This document shows positions 26,918-33,950 of a stretch of DNA of 64,000 nt, one piece after another (positions within the stretch are counted from its first letter, which is position 1; every line of letters starts with the position of its first letter). A program made the translations under genes and the position numbers. The notes below the pieces were generated by a model, which had not been told where the DNA came from, did no database searches, and was given only the letters and a program-made list of their open reading frames with translations. Source of the DNA: a virus. The stretch covers positions 1 to 64,000 of the IMG/VR virus record IMGVR_UViG_3300042445_001170; one strand, 5' to 3'.

Positions 26918-26970
26918 AAACCTAACAATAGATTAATTAAACCTAACAAGCTTTCGATCAAACCTAACAA
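26918..26970 (+). repeat. AAACCTAACAA x3 with a 21-bp period
   Basis: Copies at 26918, 26939, 26960. Confidence 0.9.
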
Positions 26971-27053
26971 TGTGGTCCAATTCACACAGCATATGTATTC
27001 CATTTGTCAGTGGTCTAGTCTATAATTAGAACATATCAACGAAAGGATATAAA

Positions 27054-27797
27054 ATGCCAAACTGGGTATTCAACGGATTAACTATTGAGGGTAATCCTGA
27101 GCAAGTTAAGTCTTTAATTACACAGATGAATAAGCCATTTATTTATTCAATTACTCCTGTTGGAGATTTAGCATATGATGTCAAGCAGACTAAGTATGTT
27201 AATCCTATCTTTGCTTTTCATAATATCTATTCATATAGAGATGCTGGTATTACTGATGAACAGTATCATTCTCAACCGCCCCATAATCCTGATACAACAA
27301 TGAAGGATTGGTTTAAGTTTGAGACCAATGATTGGTACAACTTCAATGTCCGTGAGTGGGGCACTAAATGGGATGTAGCCGTATCTGAGGATGATAAGTA
27401 TCCTGATACTACTATTGAGGAAGCCGAAAATGGCGAGAACTATGTAGTCCACTATAACTTTAATACTGCTTGGTCTCGTCCAATGAATGCTTTAATTAAA
27501 CTATCATCTCAATACCCAACATTACTATTTACTTTATCATATGAGGAAGAAACAGGTTGGGGTGGGGAATGTGAGTTCCTTCGTGGAGAAGTTATCTCAG
27601 AATCAGAATATGACAACATGTGCCGTGATTGTGATGCAACAGACCAAATGGAATACTGCGAAAATGACTGTGGTGAAATCTGTGGCAACTGCAACTGGCT
27701 TGGTGAGGCTGACCTAGAGGCTGTAGCAAAATGTCAGACCCATGCTATATACTTGGAAACTAAAGTACCCGAATATCGAAAGGCGGAGGTAAAATGA
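27054..27797 (+). CDS. DUF1281/YubB ferredoxin-like family protein
   Basis: MPNWVFN, DWYNFNVREWGTKWD, FNTAWS motifs; Cys-rich tail. Confidence 0.75.
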   Translation: MPNWVFNGLTIEGNPEQVKSLITQMNKPFIYSITPVGDLAYDVKQTKYVNPIFAFHNIYSYRDAGITDEQYHSQPPHNPDTTMKDWFKFETNDWYNFNVREWGTKWDVAVSEDDKYPDTTIEEAENGENYVVHYNFNTAWSRPMNALIKLSSQYPTLLFTLSYEEETGWGGECEFLRGEVISESEYDNMCRDCDATDQMEYCENDCGEICGNCNWLGEADLEAVAKCQTHAIYLETKVPEYRKAEVK

Positions 27798-28024
27798 GTT
27801 TTCTAGAGAACGAAAACCAAATGGTAATAGATGCAACATATTCAGAGATTGGCGAAATGCTAGTTGAAGATTGGGTTAATTCTAATTTAGATGAAGGTCA
27901 GATGTATGCAGATTTTAGATTTGCAGAAATGTCAGATAGCAATTATCTAAAGGGCAGATTTAATCAGTTCTATGATTTAAATGAAGGCGACCAGTATTAC
28001 CTAGAATGGAATGAGGAACTATGA
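27794..28024 (+). CDS. Acidic hypothetical protein
   Basis: GGAGG RBS; ATGA overlap. Confidence 0.7.
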   Translation: MSFLENENQMVIDATYSEIGEMLVEDWVNSNLDEGQMYADFRFAEMSDSNYLKGRFNQFYDLNEGDQYYLEWNEEL

Positions 28025-28200
28025 TGTTAGGTTATTCTAAAACAGATCTAGATGAAATGATTAACTCGGTCCATGATGCTAAATTGTTTTACATTAGAAA
28101 TTCAGATGTTGAGCAAGTTGACCAAGACCCTTTAGTTGAAGGCTTATTAAAAACAAATGACTTTCTTCAAGGTCTATGGGCAGAAGGGTATTTTGACTAA
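28021..28200 (+). CDS. Hypothetical protein (59 aa)
   Basis: MMLGYS...LQGLWAEGYFD; coupled. Confidence 0.65.
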   Translation: MMLGYSKTDLDEMINSVHDAKLFYIRNSDVEQVDQDPLVEGLLKTNDFLQGLWAEGYFD

Positions 28201-28310
28201 TGCATAAACATCATTGGGAATGTGATGATGTACCAGGATACTTTTATTGTGCCTGCGGAGTAATGGCTATTCATAATAGAGAAACGGGAGAGAAGGATAT
28301 TCATGACTAA
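28200..28310 (+). CDS. Small His/Cys peptide (36 aa)
   Basis: MHKHHWEC...CACG; coupled. Confidence 0.5.
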   Translation: MHKHHWECDDVPGYFYCACGVMAIHNRETGEKDIHD

Positions 28311-28512
28311 ATCATCAGTGTTCCTAGAATACATGAAACTTCATTTGATCAGTCTTAACCAGGATTGGGAAGATGCTAAAAATGGAGCACCTTTGAAGGA
28401 TGATGAATATGACCCTTCAGATGATTACTTTGAAGGAGCAATTGCAGCAACAGAACATTTATTGTCAGTGGCAACTGATATAATGAACTCTACTAACGAA
28501 AGGTATGAATAA
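28303..28512 (+). CDS. Hypothetical protein
   Basis: ORF track. Confidence 0.7.
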   Translation: MTKSSVFLEYMKLHLISLNQDWEDAKNGAPLKDDEYDPSDDYFEGAIAATEHLLSVATDIMNSTNERYE

Positions 28513-28790
28513 TGGATATGACTATGGAAGACATTGGGCTCCCGCCCCATTTGCAACGTATGGTTAATGCTGGAGTATCAGGTCTTGATATCATGCATGG
28601 AGAACTAAAGAATCTAATGCTTATGGCTGAGCAAGAACTAGCAAGCGCTTTAGAACAAGAAGAAATATCAGAAGAGGCAATGGACTCTATGGTCCGCACC
28701 GAATGTGAAGGTCGACTAGACGCCTTGGTAGAACTTTACCAATTAACTTATCAATTATCATTTGCGATTGGAGCACGGGATGAAGCCTGA
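28512..28790 (+). CDS. Hypothetical protein
   Basis: Promoter 28463 plus leader. Confidence 0.7.
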   Translation: MDMTMEDIGLPPHLQRMVNAGVSGLDIMHGELKNLMLMAEQELASALEQEEISEEAMDSMVRTECEGRLDALVELYQLTYQLSFAIGARDEA

Positions 28791-29100
28791 AGATAAAGAC
28801 AAACTAAATGAATGCTTAAAGATTCTTGACACTACTGACCTTGGTCTCTCCATGGTATGGCTGTGGACGTGGTCGACTATTAATAACATCCTAGACGATG
28901 AAACGTACAAGGCCAAGGTGACACAGGACCAGATGTGGGACAACCTCTGTGAGGCTGTAGAGGCAGGCCACGGGTTCTCTCTGGAGTACGGGGCGGAACA
29001 ACATCAGGACGATGTACTTGAATGGATGACTAATCGTGACTACATTGTGGACACAATGTGGGAGGAAGAAGAGGATGAAGACGAAGATGAAGATGAGTGA
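28780..29100 (+). CDS. Acidic hypothetical protein
   Basis: Start moved to MKPEDK after GGAG. Confidence 0.7.
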   Translation: MKPEDKDKLNECLKILDTTDLGLSMVWLWTWSTINNILDDETYKAKVTQDQMWDNLCEAVEAGHGFSLEYGAEQHQDDVLEWMTNRDYIVDTMWEEEEDEDEDEDE

Positions 29101-29233
29101 CGCATACCTGAATGATCAATTAAATACAGCACAAAAGCTTTTGTGGGGCGGGTCCGAAACAGAAAACATTGAAGCCCATAACATCATTGCTAAATTAATT
29201 AAAGATCGTATTGAACAAGCGGATCTTTTGTAA
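29093..29233 (+). CDS. Small hypothetical protein
   Basis: Start moved to MSDAY. Confidence 0.6.
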   Translation: MSDAYLNDQLNTAQKLLWGGSETENIEAHNIIAKLIKDRIEQADLL

Positions 29234-29341
29234 GGGCCAAATTCGGCGGTTACGACACAATTTAATAAACTCCTGAAACTATTTACAAAATTGGAAATAG
29301 TTGATATACTGAATAAAACATCTCTTGAAAGGGGATTCAAA

Positions 29342-29491
29342 ATGGCAACAAAGCGTGAATATCTAAAGTCACAGGGCATCACAGTCGGCGTACGTGGTCG
29401 CTTCTCAGGCGCAGCAAAGGTAGCTCTAGCGGAGGCGGTAGCCAAGGGCGTTACATTTACTGCAGAAACTCCAGCCAACAAGGCTAAGTAG
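29342..29491 (+). CDS. Lsr2-like DNA-binding domain-only protein
   Basis: REYLKSQGITVGVRGRFS resembles Lsr2 REWA..G..V..RGRI; AAAGGGG RBS. Confidence 0.65.
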   Translation: MATKREYLKSQGITVGVRGRFSGAAKVALAEAVAKGVTFTAETPANKAK

Positions 29492-29500
29492 TCCAGGGTG

Positions 29501-29530
29501 GAGGTCAGGGCTTCGTTCGTCCTTGACCTC
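29501..29530 (+). terminator. Hairpin terminator
   Basis: GAGGTCAGGG...CCTTGACCTC followed by a T-rich tail. Confidence 0.65.
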
Positions 29531-29573
29531 CTCTCTTATTTTTGGTACAATTAACAGTTAGGCGGAGGCGGAT

Positions 29574-29948
29574 ATGAAAACACAAGAAACAAAAGTAGCA
29601 GAATCATTAGTTAATCTAATGGATGACCATTGGTTTAATCCAACAATATTTGGTCGATACTTGGCGGAACAGCCATTATATACAATTGACCGAATTATGG
29701 AAATGGTCGTATCAGTTATATCAGAACAAGCAAAGATATATGATGTACAGTTAAATAGAGGTACATCTACTGAAGGTCTAATGTTAGCCAATGAACTGAA
29801 TGAATGTATCAAGGCATATCAGCAAGATAACAACTTAGTTAATCTTAAGTTGCCGTCCCGTTCTTACAAAGTAAAACGGGAGGAACCAGCAGAAAGAACA
29901 TATCAATTTGGATGGCGGGAAGAGAAAGATCCATTCAGTCAACCATAA
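29574..29948 (+). CDS. Hypothetical protein
   Basis: GGAGG RBS; TGGTACAAT upstream. Confidence 0.7.
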   Translation: MKTQETKVAESLVNLMDDHWFNPTIFGRYLAEQPLYTIDRIMEMVVSVISEQAKIYDVQLNRGTSTEGLMLANELNECIKAYQQDNNLVNLKLPSRSYKVKREEPAERTYQFGWREEKDPFSQP

Positions 29949-30007
29949 GGCATATACCAATGAATAGATGAATGCCTGGTTAGATAGATAAACATATCTA
30001 GCCCAAA

Positions 30008-30040
30008 TTATCCACAGGGTTATCCACATCCTGTGGATTT
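30008..30040. promoter_or_regulatory. DnaA-box cluster
   Basis: TTATCCACA at 30008 and 30020; inverted degenerate TGTGGATTT at 30032. Confidence 0.65.
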
Positions 30041-30407
30041 TTTGTATGCTGTGGGCATGAGGGCAAAATTTTCTATTTACGACAGAGGATCCAAATCCCT
30101 GAAATTTCTAGCTCATGGGCCAAATTTTCTATTTACGAAGCCTTGACAAAAATCCCTGAAAATGCTACACAATAATGTCTAAATGATTTATTATACATAT
30201 TAAATGTCGACAAATGTGTAGAGAATATGGCAGAATATGGGAAAATTCCTCATGAAATCTATTGACAAATATGGATCAATATGCTGCTATATGTGTCCGA
30301 ATTGTCCTATTGACATTACGTTAAGTATATGGGAGGATGTTCCATTAGACATATATGTTTAGATAGATATAACTATAGTATATGACATGCTATCTATAGT
30401 ATAAATT

Positions 30408-30434
30408 CTCCACTATGCTCCACTTTACTCCACT
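30408..30434 (+). repeat. CTCCACT x3 with a 10-bp period
   Basis: Copies at 30408, 30418, 30428. Confidence 0.8.
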
Positions 30435-30497
30435 ATATAAGCCTCTAGGAGGCTATTAGAGGCTGGAGAAATGGGAGGGGGATATAGGAGTTAGGAT

Positions 30498-30914
30498 CTA
30501 ATTGCCACGTATGTTGGCATTGTAATATGTGCCTCCACCAGCATCAAATTCAAGCAATGTGTCTGAATCTAATTGATAGTTTGCAGATCCACCTCTATTA
30601 AAACTAATATCAACATTATATTCATCTGAAGATGGGTCATATTCATATTCAATATCTCCCATACTAGATCCAATCGATCCAGATGCTCCCATCTCTTCAA
30701 TATCGTCTAAGTCCTGTTCATCTATATCGGTTATATCTACATTAAGCTCATCAGCAGCGTTTATTACGTCTTCCCACCGATTTTCATCAAAATTAGAATA
30801 TAGGTAATCAGCGTCTTCTAGATCTATATTAAATCTTTCAGAAATAGCAATAATCTCTTGCTCTTTATCATATTCGACTGCCTTAATTACATCAGCAATT
30901 AGGATCTTTTTCAT
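30498..30914 (-). CDS. Acidic protein with KTSC-like C-terminus
   Basis: EYDP...ISFNRGGSANYQ...GTYYNANIRG. Confidence 0.5.
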   Translation of the reverse strand: MKKILIADVIKAVEYDKEQEIIAISERFNIDLEDADYLYSNFDENRWEDVINAADELNVDITDIDEQDLDDIEEMGASGSIGSSMGDIEYEYDPSSDEYNVDISFNRGGSANYQLDSDTLLEFDAGGGTYYNANIRGN

Positions 30915-30916
30915 GG

Positions 30917-31099
30917 TTATTTACAGCTAACGCAGTAATATGGAGCACGAAGGTTTTCTGGAGCAGTGTATCCAGATCGAGCACATTTATGGCATGTAGC
31001 CTTAATTAGATTAGATTGTTCTATATCAAAGGTAAATGATCTTGTATAGTACAGTTTAGTAACGTACCACGTTATTAGTATTGCTAGTATAGTTATCAT
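30917..31099 (-). CDS. Small TM plus Zn-ribbon protein
   Basis: N-terminal TM; CHKC...CVSC. Confidence 0.6.
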   Translation of the reverse strand: MITILAILITWYVTKLYYTRSFTFDIEQSNLIKATCHKCARSGYTAPENLRAPYYCVSCK

Positions 31100-31111
31100 T
31101 GTTCTATTGTA

Positions 31112-31393
31112 TCATTTCTTCTTGGTTCTATTGAAGACATCTCTTAATAGTTCTATTGGTGAGGTTAGGACTTCTTCTTCCAGCCCGCCGTGTTTGTGCA
31201 ATATCTTGAGTAGGATCCCCGCTAGGAATAGATCATCAGCAAATGCCATCCATGGGAATAGTATATCAAATGGGTCAATTGGGACAGATAGGTACATAAC
31301 GCACAATATGGCTATCACCTTGATATGAATAGGGGACCTATCAAATTGAGCCCTGTAAGGCTTAAATAAAGCATTTAGTCGTTGTTTTAACAT
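31112..31393 (-). CDS. DUF1232/YkvA-like membrane protein
   Basis: YLSVPIDPFD...FADDL. Confidence 0.7.
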   Translation of the reverse strand: MLKQRLNALFKPYRAQFDRSPIHIKVIAILCVMYLSVPIDPFDILFPWMAFADDLFLAGILLKILHKHGGLEEEVLTSPIELLRDVFNRTKKK

Positions 31394-31498
31394 GTAGCCT
31401 TATTGTAGCATTTAGGTCAGGTACTGACAATAGGGGTTCTTATTTTCCGCTTCACTAATTGCGATCTATATTAGACTATATAATCCTAGTCAACTACT

Positions 31499-31702
31499 TT
31501 AGCAACTATGTGTTAATCCACATACGGTGCATTTACTGTCTACGACAACGCAATCATCACACCAATCTGGTGCATTCTTCCAAGATGGATCAAGCTTTTC
31601 TTTATTCAGACAATCTTGGCATACAGTTTCTTTAAATGTCTTTACAGATAGATTCTCATCTTCAAACTCTATATATGCTTCTAGGTTATCTAATATGCTC
31701 AT
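31499..31702 (-). CDS. Cys-rich hypothetical protein
   Basis: Three CxxC pairs. Confidence 0.6.
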   Translation of the reverse strand: MSILDNLEAYIEFEDENLSVKTFKETVCQDCLNKEKLDPSWKNAPDWCDDCVVVDSKCTVCGLTHSC

Positions 31703-31863
31703 TTTTGTAACCTCTTTTGTATACTCTCAGCTTCTTCAATTGTCTTCTGTATAGCAAGCTGAAAGGACTTGCACATCTTACATAAATCAAGCATTTCTGG
31801 GTAATTGGCCCAGGCTGCTCTATTTGTCTCTATAGAGCATGTATTGCACATTGGTGTATCCAT
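31699..31863 (-). CDS. Small Zn-binding protein (54 aa)
   Basis: CNTC...CKMC; ATGA overlap. Confidence 0.5.
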   Translation of the reverse strand: MDTPMCNTCSIETNRAAWANYPEMLDLCKMCKSFQLAIQKTIEEAESIQKRLQK

Positions 31864-31917
31864 TGAAGTTCTTTCTCTAATAAAGGGAAAGCTCCCTTAT
31901 AGAACTATTATACACCT

Positions 31918-32202
31918 TCAGGCTTCCCCGCCTTCATCGTGCCCCAGAGGGCCATCACTCACGCCATATCTATCTGGATCATCCAGTATCTCTTGCAGTA
32001 GCCCCACAGGCACATTGTGGCCAGCCTTAATATGCTCTCTTATATGAGTGATCAAATGTCCATCATCATGTATCTCTTCAGACAATGAAAACAATGAGTA
32101 CTCATCTGTACGTTCATTCAGCCAACATGCTTGACACTCTATCCATCCACCAACATGTGGATAAATATAGATATCGCTGTCAGAAAATCTGGCGTATGCC
32201 AT
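31918..32202 (-). CDS. Hypothetical protein (MAYARFS...C..C...H...H)
   Basis: ORF track. Confidence 0.7.
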   Translation of the reverse strand: MAYARFSDSDIYIYPHVGGWIECQACWLNERTDEYSLFSLSEEIHDDGHLITHIREHIKAGHNVPVGLLQEILDDPDRYGVSDGPLGHDEGGEA

Positions 32203-32303
32203 TACATTGCTTTCTTTATCTTATTAATTGCTTTACGAAACTTGATATATCTAATTGGATTCTTCCAAAATTTAAGCGGAAGCTTTACTATCTTTTTTGC
32301 CAT
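32202..32303 (-). CDS. Small basic peptide (33 aa)
   Basis: AAGGAG RBS; coupled. Confidence 0.5.
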   Translation of the reverse strand: MAKKIVKLPLKFWKNPIRYIKFRKAINKIKKAM

Positions 32304-32313
32304 TGTATCCTCC

Positions 32314-32541
32314 TTATAAATGTATCTTATTCACAGGCTCTTTGGACCAGTGTATGTATGATTTAATATAAACTACAGCATAAGCAATGGCTGAAAATAT
32401 AAACCCGTATTGTTTAGTTATTAAAGCATATGTTATCCATAGACATTCATTAAATAGAAGAACAAACCATCCCCATTTATCTTTTCTGCCTACGAAATAT
32501 ATACCCGCTACACCAATTACTGCCAATATCCATGACCACAT
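32314..32541 (-). CDS. PnuC-like small membrane protein
   Basis: Three TM segments with GW...W...QYGF pattern. Confidence 0.6.
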   Translation of the reverse strand: MWSWILAVIGVAGIYFVGRKDKWGWFVLLFNECLWITYALITKQYGFIFSAIAYAVVYIKSYIHWSKEPVNKIHL

Positions 32542-32666
32542 GTTATACCCTTATCGTTAGATATCTATTATAGCATTAAATATGTCAACGTAGTTGACTG
32601 GGATCTCTCTACCGCCGCCGATTTCACTAATTGGGATCAATATTGTGTAATATAGTTAATTTACTA

Positions 32667-32897
32667 TTAAGCTTCAGGTGAAGGAGTCGGACCTTCGTTA
32701 TCAGGTTCGGAACCTGGAGTACTGCCGTTATACGAACCTGAAATATTCTTCGGAATAATTCGCTTAATCTCGTAGCAACAGTCTGGGCATTCGCCCTTAT
32801 ACAACCAATTACCTGAATCTAAGACAACCATTTCGGTCAATCTGCCTGAAACATTTTTCTTGCATAGAACACAAAATGCGTCCAGCTTTATAGTCAT
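32667..32897 (-). CDS. Zn-ribbon protein (DUF5679-like); 3' end runs through a tRNA
   Basis: AFCVLCK...KGECPDC. Confidence 0.6.
   Translation of the reverse strand: MTIKLDAFCVLCKKNVSGRLTEMVVLDSGNWLYKGECPDCCYEIKRIIPKNISGSYNGSTPGSEPDNEGPTPSPEA
32672..32742 (-). tRNA. Atypical tRNA, anticodon CCG (Arg) or pseudo-tRNA
   Basis: TTCAGGT/ACCTGAA acceptor; CCAGG-TTCCGAA-CCTGA; T-arm GAAGG-TCCGACT-CCTTC. Confidence 0.65.
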
Positions 32898-33028
32898 TCT
32901 TCTAGAAGATGTTCATTTTCTTTAAAAGCTTTTAGAATAGCTTCTCTAAGCTTATCATTCTTTAGTGCATTATGTGTACCATTACATTCTGGATACGCAT
33001 CTGATAAGCCACATTTACATAGCGCCAT
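32894..33028 (-). CDS. Stand-alone CDGSH-type Fe-S protein (44 aa)
   Basis: MALCKCGLSDAYPECNGTH. Confidence 0.7.
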   Translation of the reverse strand: MALCKCGLSDAYPECNGTHNALKNDKLREAILKAFKENEHLLEE

Positions 33029-33296
33029 TTGTTTCAGCCTCTCTTAGCCACTGATCTTCCCATAACCCCATAAGCGATTCGTTACCAATATCATCAAAGT
33101 AGTAACGCTTATTTACAGGATTAAAGGTCCAGCCGTACCATCTATCACCTTCAGACCATGTTAGATTAGTTGGGCCTTCCTCTTTGTACTCTGACAGTCT
33201 ACGTAGCAATTCATCATTCTCATGAACAACAGCCTCAATTGCCTCTCTAAGGCGTTTAGGCCTCATGAGATATTTCTCTACAAAATTAAACAACAT
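33015..33296 (-). CDS. Hypothetical protein
   Basis: GGAG RBS. Confidence 0.65.
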   Translation of the reverse strand: MLFNFVEKYLMRPKRLREAIEAVVHENDELLRRLSEYKEEGPTNLTWSEGDRWYGWTFNPVNKRYYFDDIGNESLMGLWEDQWLREAETNGAM

Positions 33297-33304
33297 ATTA
33301 TCTC

Positions 33305-33490
33305 CTAGTATGGCCCATATGCATTAAAATGAAGGTATGAATATACCTTATCCGTATTACCTGATTGTATCAGCTCCATAGGTATGCCGTCAAGGGCTGT
33401 GTTGTGTCCGTATAGCCATTTTAAAGCATTTCCTACGTTGTCTCCCACAATAGAAAATAGCATATCTACGATCTCATCTGTTTTATTCAT
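33305..33490 (-). CDS. Xre/MbcA/ParS antitoxin C-terminal-like protein
   Basis: ALKWLYGHNTALDGIPMELIQSG. Confidence 0.6.
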   Translation of the reverse strand: MNKTDEIVDMLFSIVGDNVGNALKWLYGHNTALDGIPMELIQSGNTDKVYSYLHFNAYGPY

Positions 33491-33765
33491 TTTGGATCTT
33501 TAATTGGCGACTTATCTAAACTAAAATAATTAGTTTGATGTCCAAACTTCATCTTATTTAATCTTTTATTGATAGCCCGCCACATTCCCCATTCTGTGTA
33601 TGCAAGCCCGCCTTTACAAGCTGCTCCCCAGTAGCCGTCATTTGGCCCATCGCCCATTTGATACCATTTTTGAATATCCCAAAATCTAGCCCTTGGACCA
33701 TATTTCCAATCACGGTGAACTTTGATTATATATGCTGGACGATCTACAGATTTCTTTTTGCTCAT
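33487..33765 (-). CDS. Hypothetical protein
   Basis: ATGA-coupled ORF. Confidence 0.65.
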   Translation of the reverse strand: MSKKKSVDRPAYIIKVHRDWKYGPRARFWDIQKWYQMGDGPNDGYWGAACKGGLAYTEWGMWRAINKRLNKMKFGHQTNYFSLDKSPIKDPK

Positions 33766-33950
33766 CCTAACTCCTTCTCAATAGCCTGAATAACTTCTTT
33801 AACAGGAACACAGCAATGACCTTTTTTGTCTAAAAAATTACACAATTCCACTACTGCACGAAGGGCTCGCATAGATTGTGGGTCACCGTTGTAATAAGCA
33901 ACATCTAATCTGCGGTTAATTTCAATTAGCAATTCATCGTATGTCATCAT
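33762..33950 (-). CDS. Hypothetical protein
   Basis: Start moved to MMTYDELL. Confidence 0.6.
   Translation of the reverse strand: MMTYDELLIEINRRLDVAYYNGDPQSMRALRAVVELCNFLDKKGHCCVPVKEVIQAIEKELG

Larger units (their letters stand above)
17095..26986. promoter_or_regulatory. Series of CRP/GlxR-type boxes TGTGA-N6-TCACA
   Basis: Perfect at 17095, 17368, 18149, 18938, 20138, 21448, 23326; one mismatch at 22030, 24589, 26903, 26971. Confidence 0.8.
17159..28484 (+). promoter_or_regulatory. 17 promoters TGTCAG-N10-TAnnnT (PafBC/RecA-NDp type)
   Basis: Starts at 17159, 17412, 18203, 18330, 19002, 20195, 20457, 21497, 22084, 22396, 23380, 24632, 25079, 25258, 27005, 27732, 28463. Confidence 0.85.

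Noticed and set aside
21375-27951. TGTCAG at 21375, 25976 and 27930 as extra promoters
   Set aside because: No TAnnnT at the N10 spacing
17040-30165. CRISPR array or integron attC array
   Set aside because: The repeats are short, degenerate and separated by genes; no constant repeat-spacer period, no attC core and no integrase
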